IMG/VR virus record: IMGVR_UViG_3300048817_000099
Direction: 5' to 3' (one strand)
Length of the DNA stretch: 64,000 nt
Origin: an uncultured virus (IMG/VR IMGVR_UViG_3300048817_000099)
Lineage: Duplodnaviria; Heunggongvirae; Uroviricota; Caudoviricetes
Position numbers and translations under genes: made by a program. This document shows, piece by piece, positions 32,209 through 40,015 of this stretch; within the stretch, counting starts at the first letter, position 1; every line of letters starts with the position of its first letter. The notes under the pieces are model-generated. The model made no database searches. It saw only the letters and a list, made by a program, of their open reading frames with translations, and had not been told where the DNA came from.

Positions 32209-32973
32209 ATGGCCAGTGACCGATACCGGAAGAAGCCGGTCGTTATCGAAGCTCGCCGATTCATTTGCGGGCGTGACGAGGACGGCGATGTCGATAACAG
32301 CGGCAATGGGGTCGCCTTGGCGGACTGGTGCGGCGGCAAAGTCGTCGGTCATCTCACGGCGGCAGCAGACGGAGATTCGGACGCGGCCTACACCGTCGAG
32401 ATCGGAACGCTGGAAGGTACGATGGAGGCGACGGACGGCGATTGGATCATCAAAGGTGTCCAGAATGAGTTCTACCCCTGCAAACCGTCGATTTTCGAGG
32501 AGACGTACGAAGGGTTCGAGGACCTCACGGAACCCGACGACAGCATCACCGAACACTGCGCGACGTGCGGCCGTGGCTACATGTTGTGGCACTCTCCCGA
32601 CCCGTTGTGGCAGGAGCTAATCGGGCACTACGGAGGCACCCGCTGCCCCCGATGCTTCGATGAGCTGGCCACCGAGCGGGGCATCACGTTGGTCTGGACT
32701 CCTGTCGTTATGGCCCGCGGCCACTTCAGTGAGCCGACGACGAACTGGTGGGGAGACCCGATTCGGGACCGCCTGCTCATGGGCGAACCGGACCCGCACT
32801 ATCACGACAACAAACGAGCGCAAGTCCCACAAGGCCACTGGGGCGAAATCGCCCAGGCCCTCGGCTGGCCCTACGAAACGCCCTACCCCGACGAAAATCG
32901 CGAGGACACGATGCCGGGTGTTGTCTACCGGGACAGCGGAGTCAACGCAGAGGCCAAAGCCGCCCGTGGCTGA
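32209..32973 (+). CDS. Phage protein (YRKKPVVIEA / GDWIIKG family) with C-terminal extension
   Basis: YRKKPVVIEA, TLEG.M.A..GDWIIKGVQNEFYPCKP. Confidence 0.75.
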   Translation: MASDRYRKKPVVIEARRFICGRDEDGDVDNSGNGVALADWCGGKVVGHLTAAADGDSDAAYTVEIGTLEGTMEATDGDWIIKGVQNEFYPCKPSIFEETYEGFEDLTEPDDSITEHCATCGRGYMLWHSPDPLWQELIGHYGGTRCPRCFDELATERGITLVWTPVVMARGHFSEPTTNWWGDPIRDRLLMGEPDPHYHDNKRAQVPQGHWGEIAQALGWPYETPYPDENREDTMPGVVYRDSGVNAEAKAARG

Positions 32974-33450
32974 CGGTCGCTTCGAGGACTGGCCCGCGGC
33001 CGACCGCATCACTTGGCTGGTCGAAGAGATGGACCGGGCCGTCCTCGAAGGTTGGAACATGGGCGATGACATCGCCCTCCCCGCCTACGTGCTCAACGCC
33101 TGGTCCGACCAGCTCGCCACCCTGGCCGACGACCTGCAGGCCGCCGCTGACTGGCCCACAGAGCCCGCTGTGGTCCTCTGTGCCGTTCGGGGGCACGGAA
33201 GGACAGCATCGCCCTGTGACCGCCCCTCCGGCCATTCTGGCGGGCACTCGTGGGAGGTCGAGCGCTATCGCCGGATGGCCCTTGAGATGGAGCAGACGGC
33301 CGGTCTCGTCCCCGGACTGCGCCGGAAGGTCGCCCAGGAGCGGACGAGGCGTATGACGGCTCAGGGGGAACTACAGCGGCTCAAGGAAGGACCGCAGGCC
33401 CACTACGGCAAGCAGAGGCCGACGCCGGACCGGGGCTAGCGTCTAACGAC

Positions 33451-35925
33451 GTGACCGCCACAATCGACCCATCCTCGGACGACCTCCGGTGGCTCATGAC
33501 TCTCGGCCGCGAGGAACTGTTCGACCTGCTGGCGGCGATGGAACCCCTGCGTCGGGTAGCACTGGTCGAGGCGATTGAGAGGTTGGCGCCGCCGCCGAAG
33601 CCGTGGGAACCGCTTCCTCACCAGGTTCCGCCGGATCCGGATGAGACATGGTCTGGCTGGCTCGCGCTAGCTGGCAGAGGGTCGGGCAAAACAAGCGGTG
33701 TCACCCACTGGCTCAACGACCACGCCAACGGCCCGGCATGTCTCGACGGCCCGATTCCGCATCGCATGGGCATCATCGCCCCGACCCTCGGTGACGCCTC
33801 GGCTTCTATCGTCCACGGTGACGACGGACTCAAGGTCATCAACCCGGAGGTCCGAGAGGTAACCCGCAAGGGTGGCACGGTGGTGCTCTGGCCGAACGGA
33901 GCCGAGGCGATGCTGTTCGGTGTTTACACTCGCAGTGATGTCGAGCGACTAAGGGCAAAAACAAATCGCTGTCTATCGGCAGGGACGCTCGTTGCTACCG
34001 AACGAGGACCGGTTCCGATTGAGAAAGTGACCACGTCCGATCGCGTTTGGACTCGGAATGGTCTGCGGCGAGTGTTGGCTGCTGGACCCACCGGTGTCAA
34101 GGAATGCATCGTGCTCACGGCAGAGGACGGCCGCCAGATTCGACTTACCCCCGACCACCTCATAAACGCAGGTCAGGAATGGAAACAAGCTGGACTTGCG
34201 AGTAGAGTTTGGGTATGCCACGACCTGTCATCGAATACAACGGACGGCGTTACTACCAACGCGAGGACGGCTACTACGGGAACAACAAAGGTGGCCTCTT
34301 GCATCGGGCCATCTACACCGATAACTACGGTCCGATTCCCCCAGGGAAGAACGTCCATCACATCGACCACGACAAGGAAAACAACGACCCGGCGAACCTC
34401 ACGCTCCTTACGCCGAAAGAGCACTGGCATGAGCATGGTGACGACCGACCAGCTGATTGGCACTCGCTCGGTGGTCGGAAAATGTGGGCCACCCGTCCGG
34501 TCGTCACGGTGGAATGCACAATTTGCGGGACGCCGTTTGACCAACGGAAGATACAACCAGCGCTTTATTGCTCCAAACCCTGTGCCAGAATCGGGCAGCA
34601 CAATCAATCCAGAGCCGAGGCAACTTGCGAGGTCTGCGGCACCGTGTTCGTCACCATCAAGTACACCCCGGCTCGCACTTGCTCCCCTCACTGTCGTGCA
34701 ATCTTCGCCTACCGGACTCGTCGAGCCAGTGTTCGACCTGACGGTGGAGACTGACCACGAGTTCTTCGCCAACGGGGTTCTCGTCCACAATTGCGCCGAT
34801 CTCAGGGAGGAAATTGCAGCCTGGCGCTACCTGCGGGATGGGATGGACCAAGCGGACTTCGGTCTACGCAAGGGCACTCACCGCTGGGTAGGAGCGACTA
34901 CCCCGAAGCCTAGACCAACCATCCGGAAATTGGTCAAGGACCCGCGGGTCGTACTGATCACTGCCACCACGGACGACAACCCGCACCTGGCCGCCGACAA
35001 GCGGGAGGAGCTCTACGAGAAGTTCGGCAATACGCGGCTCGGGAAGCAGGAGTTGGAAGCGAAAATCCTTGAGGACCAGGCCGGCGCTCTGTGGACCCAG
35101 GAACTGATTGAGCAGTATCGAGTGACCGAGGCAGACGTACCTCGCCTGATCCGGGTGCGGACCTACGTCGACCCCTCATGGGGCACGACCCACGATGAAT
35201 GCGGAATCGTCGTCTGTGGCCTTGGCGTCAATCGCCATCTCTATGTTCTGGCCGACCTGAGCAAACGAACCACACCGAGCGAGTGGGGAATGCTGGCCGC
35301 CATCGGTCGTATCCCTCCGCAACGGAAGGACGGTTCCTGGGTTTTAGAGCCTGATTGGGAGCCACGGGACTACTGCGGCAAGGTGAGTGAGTGCGTGGTG
35401 GCCGAAAAAAACTTCCAGGGTGAGCAGGTCCGCCTGGTCATGAAGCTGACTAGTCGGGATATCGGACAGCGCATTCGATTCGGGTGGGTCAATTCAAGCC
35501 AAGGCAAGCGGCTCCGAGCCGAACCGGTGGTGCAATTGTTCGAGCGAGGTAAGGTCCACATGGTCGGCTCGCATGAGCATCTCGAATGGCAACTCACGAA
35601 CTGGGTCCCACCAGAAGCCAGTGACGGAGAGACGGACCAGGGTGACCCCGTCGAGCACGAAGGCGGAGCCGAAGATGGACAAGACCCGTCGAAGTGGAGT
35701 CCCGACAGACTGGACGCGATGGTTTTTGGGTGCTCAGACCTGCTTATCGGCCCCAACTCCGGCACCGGCAAACTCGAAATCGCCGACGGCCGCGTCCCCC
35801 GTCCCTCCCTCGAACGCTCGGCCGGCCCGCAGTCGAAAGGGCCGCAGATTGGGGCGATTCCGATGAGCACGCGGCAGGGCAGAATTATTCGTGAGCAACA
35901 GGCGGAACGGAGACCTGCCGAGTAG
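33451..35925 (+). CDS. terL: Terminase large subunit with intein
   Basis: Walker A AGRGSGKT, ATTP motif, nuclease residues VDPS, EKN, SPDRLDA; intein at aa 174-447. Confidence 0.92.
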   Translation: MTATIDPSSDDLRWLMTLGREELFDLLAAMEPLRRVALVEAIERLAPPPKPWEPLPHQVPPDPDETWSGWLALAGRGSGKTSGVTHWLNDHANGPACLDGPIPHRMGIIAPTLGDASASIVHGDDGLKVINPEVREVTRKGGTVVLWPNGAEAMLFGVYTRSDVERLRAKTNRCLSAGTLVATERGPVPIEKVTTSDRVWTRNGLRRVLAAGPTGVKECIVLTAEDGRQIRLTPDHLINAGQEWKQAGLASRVWVCHDLSSNTTDGVTTNARTATTGTTKVASCIGPSTPITTVRFPQGRTSITSTTTRKTTTRRTSRSLRRKSTGMSMVTTDQLIGTRSVVGKCGPPVRSSRWNAQFAGRRLTNGRYNQRFIAPNPVPESGSTINPEPRQLARSAAPCSSPSSTPRLALAPLTVVQSSPTGLVEPVFDLTVETDHEFFANGVLVHNCADLREEIAAWRYLRDGMDQADFGLRKGTHRWVGATTPKPRPTIRKLVKDPRVVLITATTDDNPHLAADKREELYEKFGNTRLGKQELEAKILEDQAGALWTQELIEQYRVTEADVPRLIRVRTYVDPSWGTTHDECGIVVCGLGVNRHLYVLADLSKRTTPSEWGMLAAIGRIPPQRKDGSWVLEPDWEPRDYCGKVSECVVAEKNFQGEQVRLVMKLTSRDIGQRIRFGWVNSSQGKRLRAEPVVQLFERGKVHMVGSHEHLEWQLTNWVPPEASDGETDQGDPVEHEGGAEDGQDPSKWSPDRLDAMVFGCSDLLIGPNSGTGKLEIADGRVPRPSLERSAGPQSKGPQIGAIPMSTRQGRIIREQQAERRPAE
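33970..34791 (+). mobile_element. Class 1 intein (274 aa) in terminase
   Basis: CLSAGTLV block A, LTPDH block B, VFDLTV...FFANGVLVHN|C blocks F/G. Confidence 0.92.
34215..34754 (+). CDS. HNH endonuclease nested out of frame inside the terminase intein
   Basis: LHRAIY...GPIP...VHHIDHDKENNDPANL...EH..EH plus CxxC pairs; different frame from the intein. Confidence 0.85.
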   Translation: MPRPVIEYNGRRYYQREDGYYGNNKGGLLHRAIYTDNYGPIPPGKNVHHIDHDKENNDPANLTLLTPKEHWHEHGDDRPADWHSLGGRKMWATRPVVTVECTICGTPFDQRKIQPALYCSKPCARIGQHNQSRAEATCEVCGTVFVTIKYTPARTCSPHCRAIFAYRTRRASVRPDGGD

Positions 35926-35934
35926 TATCTCGGC

Positions 35935-36023
35935 GTCGGGCCGGAGGGTCGATCGGTTACCAACCTTGTAAGTTGGCCGAGGTGCTGCACACCTCAGCTT
36001 CCGGTCCCCGTGACACGCCCGAC
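35935..36023 (+). ncRNA. Y RNA-like element 1
   Basis: GTCGGGC(C)GGAGG...ACACGCCCGAC terminal stem with bulged C; internal GGTTACC. Confidence 0.7.
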
Positions 36024-36046
36024 ACTTCGTGCTAACGTTTACGTCG

Positions 36047-36117
36047 CTGGGCCGGAGGACAGTTCGGTTACCTTGCATGGACGCCTTCGGGCACTCCGGA
36101 CTCCATCACATGCCCAG
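36047..36117 (+). ncRNA. Y RNA-like element 2
   Basis: CTGGGC(C)GGAGG...GGTTACC...ACATGCCCAG. Confidence 0.7.
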
Positions 36118-36130
36118 TTCTTTCTCCGGT

Positions 36131-36262
36131 GCGAGCCGGAGGCAGTCGCTTATCGGAGCTGGAGGTCGCAGGGTTCGAATCCCTGCTCTGACGACCGAGT
36201 CGTCGGGTAGCGCAGTTTGGTAGCGCGCCAGCATTAAACAGCGGTCGCCACAACATGCTCGC
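36131..36262 (+). ncRNA. yrlA: YrlA-type Y RNA with permuted tRNA-like domain
   Basis: GCGAGC(C)GGAGG...ACATGCTCGC Ro stem; T arm GCAGGGTTCGAATCCCTGC precedes a loop-closed acceptor-like stem and D arm TAGCGCAGTTTGGTAGCGC. Confidence 0.88.
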
Positions 36263-36308
36263 CCCAAACGTTTGCGTTCCGAATCTCGGGGCGCTATGGT
36301 CGAAATCG

Positions 36309-36370
36309 CTGGGCCGAAGGCCGTGGGTTACCTTCATAAACGTATATCCCGCAGCCACCAACACGCCCAG
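36309..36370 (+). ncRNA. Y RNA-like element 4
   Basis: CTGGGC(C)GAAGG...GGTTACC...ACACGCCCAG. Confidence 0.7.
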
Positions 36371-36413
36371 TTCCTCGACCACCGCAGGGTGGTCCCAAGT
36401 GCAGGAGGACCAG

Positions 36414-38027
36414 ATGCGAGACCCCCTTTCCACCGTAGGCACCCGTGTGACCCCTCAGTCCGAGCGTGCCCACCCCGATCAGATCGCCAACTCGGCTGGC
36501 GGCTATTCGTTTCCCGTCGATGACTGGGGTCGCGCCCTGAGATTCCTCGTTCTGGGGACTGACGGCGGCACCTTCTACATCTCCGAGAAGGACCTGACCA
36601 TGCAGAACGCCGAGGTCGTCATCCGACTGGCCAACGGTGCCGAGGGGCGCAAGTTGGTCGACCTCATCGTCGACGTGTCCAAGAACGGTCGCGCTCCTCG
36701 CCAGAACCCCACTCTGTACGCCCTGGCCGCCTGCACGGCATCGCCGGACGTGAACACCCGCCGCGCCGCTCTGGCTGCCATCCCTGTCGTGTGCCGGACC
36801 GGCACCCACCTGTTCATCTTCGCCCGCTACGTCGAGCAGTTCCGTGGTTGGGGCCGGGGGCTCAAGCGGGCCATCGGCCAGTGGTACACGGAGAAGCCGG
36901 TCGGCGACGTGGCTTTCCAGGCCGTCAAGTACCGAAATCGTGAGGGCTGGTCTCATCGGGACATGCTCCGTCTGTCGCACCCGAAGACATCCGATCCCCA
37001 GCGCAAGGCGCTGTTCGACTGGGTCGTCCGTGGAGCCACCCTGCCGGAATCGCTTGAGCGGGACCTAGACGAGTGGGGCCTGCCGGGTACCGTGGTCGGG
37101 TACGAGGAGGCGCAGGTCGCCACCACGCCGTCGGAGTGGGCCCGGCTCGTCACCCAGTACAGCCTGCCCTGGGAGACACTGCCCGACGCCGCCCTCAACT
37201 CGCCAGAGGTCTGGGAGGCATTGCTGCCCCACATGGGCTACACGGCGCTCATCCGCCAGCTCGGCCGGCTATCTCGCATCGGCTTGGTCGCGCCCATGAG
37301 CTCGGCGACGAAGCTGGTGGCCGACCGTCTGGCCGATGGCGACGCACTCCGTAAGGCTCGAGTCCACCCGCTGTCCGTGCTGGTCGCTCTGGCTACCTAC
37401 GCGCAGGGTCACGGGTTCCGTGGGGCGTCGGCGTGGACTCCGGTGCCTCAGGTGGTCGCCGCGCTGGACGAGGCGTTCTACCTGGCTTTCGGAGCCATCG
37501 AGCCTGCTGGCAAGCGCACGCTGGTGGCTCTGGACGTGTCCGGCTCCATGACCATGGGCCAGGTGGCCAACTCGCCGTTGGCCCCGTTCCAGGCCGAAGG
37601 CGCCATGGCCATGACCGTGGTCAGAACCGAGCCGGAGTACTTCACCATGGCTTTCTCGGGCGGGTTCGTCTCGCTCCCTCTGACGCCCAAGCAGCGCCTG
37701 GACGACGTGCTCCGGACCATGGCCAACATGCCCTTCGACCGGACCGACTGTGCCGTGCCCATGGTGTGGGCCGAGCACAATCGAGTACCGGTGGATACGT
37801 TCCTGATTTACACGGACTCCGAGACGTGGGCCGGGACGATTCACCCCCACCAGGCGCTGGAGCGCTACCGGCAGAAGATGGGCATTCCGGCCCGTCTGGC
37901 CGTCATCGGCATGACCTCCAACGGGTTCAGCATCGCCAATTCGAATGATGCGGGCGAGCTGGACTGTGTCGGGTTCGACACGTCCACCCCCCAGCTACTG
38001 ACCGAGTTCTCCGCTGGGCGTTTGTAG
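36414..38027 (+). CDS. rsr: Ro60/Rsr (TROVE + vWA) RNA-binding protein
   Basis: NSAGGY.F, RFLVLGTDGGTFY, KYRNREGWSHRD, DVSGSM MIDAS, TDSETW; RBS aggagg. Confidence 0.95.
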   Translation: MRDPLSTVGTRVTPQSERAHPDQIANSAGGYSFPVDDWGRALRFLVLGTDGGTFYISEKDLTMQNAEVVIRLANGAEGRKLVDLIVDVSKNGRAPRQNPTLYALAACTASPDVNTRRAALAAIPVVCRTGTHLFIFARYVEQFRGWGRGLKRAIGQWYTEKPVGDVAFQAVKYRNREGWSHRDMLRLSHPKTSDPQRKALFDWVVRGATLPESLERDLDEWGLPGTVVGYEEAQVATTPSEWARLVTQYSLPWETLPDAALNSPEVWEALLPHMGYTALIRQLGRLSRIGLVAPMSSATKLVADRLADGDALRKARVHPLSVLVALATYAQGHGFRGASAWTPVPQVVAALDEAFYLAFGAIEPAGKRTLVALDVSGSMTMGQVANSPLAPFQAEGAMAMTVVRTEPEYFTMAFSGGFVSLPLTPKQRLDDVLRTMANMPFDRTDCAVPMVWAEHNRVPVDTFLIYTDSETWAGTIHPHQALERYRQKMGIPARLAVIGMTSNGFSIANSNDAGELDCVGFDTSTPQLLTEFSAGRL

Positions 38028-38098
38028 TAGCCTTGGGCGGTCACCACGAATAGGGAAACCTCCCCATTCGTGTTACGGGCACGAACAAGGAGGCTTCA

Positions 38099-38731
38099 GT
38101 GGTTCAACCTAGCAAAGCGACCGCCATCGGCGGCGAGAGTCCGACCAACGGTGCAGCCGAGGAAATCGGATTCGAGGAACCGTATTTCGTAACGGTCACC
38201 GTACGCGGCACGTCGGCCATCATCTTCCATGCTTGGAACAACGAAGCGGTAGCCGAGAAGTCGGCAGCTCGCAAGAACTCCAAGGCGAAGAAAACCGACA
38301 ACGTCGAGAGTTTCGTATACCGGACTCCCGAAGGCGAAATCGCCATCCCCGGCACCTACCTGAAAGGCTCGCTCTGCGACCCGCAGAAGGGGGCGGCGAA
38401 GTTTCTGCAGGATCCGAGGTCACCTCGGAAGTCGGCACTCGACCTGTTCAAGGCTGGCGTCATCGTCACGACTGAATATGCGTCGCTCGGGAAGACCGAG
38501 TGGGACTACGTAGACCAACGCCGGGTCGTCATTCAGCGGTCGGCCATCACCCGCTCGCGCCCTGCCTTCCTGGCCGGGTGGGAGGCGACCTTCGAGGTAA
38601 TGGTCCAGACACCGGAGTACATCGACCGGGACATGCTCCACGCGGTGATTGCTAACGCCGGTCGGCTGGTTGGGCTCGGCGATTTTCGGCCGACATACGG
38701 CCGGTTTCAGGTGATAAAGTTCGAGGGATAG
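38099..38731 (+). CDS. Solo Cas7/RAMP-like protein (210 aa)
   Basis: VTVRGTSAIIFH first strand, IAIPGTYLKGSL (RAMP IPG..LKG motif), C-terminal G-rich loop VGLGDFRPTYGRF; RBS aaggagg. Confidence 0.75.
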   Translation: MVQPSKATAIGGESPTNGAAEEIGFEEPYFVTVTVRGTSAIIFHAWNNEAVAEKSAARKNSKAKKTDNVESFVYRTPEGEIAIPGTYLKGSLCDPQKGAAKFLQDPRSPRKSALDLFKAGVIVTTEYASLGKTEWDYVDQRRVVIQRSAITRSRPAFLAGWEATFEVMVQTPEYIDRDMLHAVIANAGRLVGLGDFRPTYGRFQVIKFEG

Positions 38732-38737
38732 GGTAAG

Positions 38738-38867
38738 GCTGGGGTGCGCCGGGGTGCGCTTTGATACGCTTCGGTCCGGTTTGGTTCGCTTCGGTATGTC
38801 AAGGTTCGATAGGCCGTGGTGAGGTATGGGTACGGTCGGTCGGTTCTAAAAGGGATCGGCCGACCGT
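38738..38867 (+). ncRNA. GNY-NN pentamer array (18 units) with 3' hairpin; candidate guide RNA
   Basis: Strict 5-nt register from 38738 to 38827 with G at position 1 and a pyrimidine at position 3 in all 18 units; hairpin with G:U pairs at 38832-38867. Confidence 0.8.
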
Positions 38868-38887
38868 CGCGTGGTAACCTCATTTCC

Positions 38888-39430
38888 GTGCCAGATGAGG
38901 AAGCGGACAAACCGGAACCCGAACGCAGGATTCGCTTGGATGTTTTCCATCATTTCGATGGTCCGATTGAGATCGATCTGGACATCGGTGGGGATCTCAC
39001 ACTGGCCGGAGCGATTGGTATTACGCTGTTGCCGTTACCGGCTGTTCGGGCAGTCCTCGTTATCACCCCAACCCAAGGAGTAAATCAGGTGCCAGGACAA
39101 ATTTCGGTCGACACGGTCGGCGAAAGCGCAACAATTGAGTGGGTTGATGATCGCGGCGACACGAACGCGCCGGCTCCTGCCGGGGCAGTCGTCACCTTCA
39201 CCAGCGACAATCCCGCCGTGGCCACCGTCGCCACCGACGCCACCAACCCCCTCCAGGGTGACGTGACCCCGGTAGCCGAGGGCACGGCCAACATCGGCGC
39301 CACCATCGCGGATGCCTCGGGCAACCCGATTCTGGAGCCGGACGGCGTGACCCCCTTCACCGTGGCCTCGGTCGCCGTGACGGTGGGCCCGGGCGCTGCC
39401 GACAGCGCCACGCTCGTCCTCAGCGTCTAG
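38888..39430 (+). CDS. Ig-like (Big-2 type) domain protein; alternative start GTG 39089 with RBS
   Basis: VTFTSDNPAVATV...VTPVAEGTANI; TAACCT upstream of 38888; AAGGAG upstream of 39089. Confidence 0.7.
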   Translation: MPDEEADKPEPERRIRLDVFHHFDGPIEIDLDIGGDLTLAGAIGITLLPLPAVRAVLVITPTQGVNQVPGQISVDTVGESATIEWVDDRGDTNAPAPAGAVVTFTSDNPAVATVATDATNPLQGDVTPVAEGTANIGATIADASGNPILEPDGVTPFTVASVAVTVGPGAADSATLVLSV

Positions 39431-39555
39431 ACAGGTCTCGCCTCTCCTCCTCCGCTGTGGGAAGCGAGCAAGGCACCAGCCCCGGTTGACTCTTCCGCCA
39501 AGGGTCGCCGGGGTTGGTGCGCGAGTGGAGATAGATTGCGCTAACGTTTACGAAC

Positions 39556-39819
39556 ATGAGCCATCGCGCCGCCCGCAAGATACGCCAGGACACGATTCCG
39601 GTCCCGCCGTCCCCCGGCCCCGGCCCGAACAAGCACTTGGCCATCCACCTCGGTCATCGGTTCCGGTTCGCCACCACACGCCGCCTGAGCCGCCGCAAGC
39701 ACCCCCTGAGGCGCCGAGGGCGGGGATACGACCGCCCAGGCACTACGAAGCCCTGGAGCCGGCCTGAGGCCCGTCTGAGGGGTAAGCGACAGAAGCTGGC
39801 GCGGAGGGGGAACCGGTGA
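39556..39819 (+). CDS. Small basic protein (leaderless)
   Basis: ATG 8 nt after the motif TAACGT; GTGA-coupled to the next ORF. Confidence 0.5.
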   Translation: MSHRAARKIRQDTIPVPPSPGPGPNKHLAIHLGHRFRFATTRRLSRRKHPLRRRGRGYDRPGTTKPWSRPEARLRGKRQKLARRGNR

Positions 39820-40015
39820 GCGCCGAGACGGACGTGGAGCGGTCGGACCTCCGAGCCAACCTCCTCGCCATCCGAGCCGTAGTCGACCGCCAGGCTGAGG
39901 ACGAAGGACTCTGGACGCTCCCGCTCAGTGGCTCCCAGCCCATCATGGAGGCCTACCTCCAGCAAGAGCTCCGCCATCTGCACAAGGTGAGTGAGGACTA
40001 CACGAAGGGGCTGTC

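Noticed and set aside
36158..36232. tRNA gene (GGTTCGAATCC T loop and D arm)
   Set aside because: Arms are in permuted order, with no anticodon loop or CCA end, and are enclosed in a Ro-binding stem; this fits YrlA, not a tRNA.
38738..38827. CRISPR array or simple microsatellite
   Set aside because: No 25-40 bp repeats with spacers; units are 5 nt with fixed positions 1 and 3 and highly variable positions 4-5, unlike slippage repeats.
38707..38910. 67-aa minus-strand ORF and the 38816 upstream extension of the Ig-like ORF
   Set aside because: Translation only mirrors the pentamer periodicity; no RBS or protein-like features.
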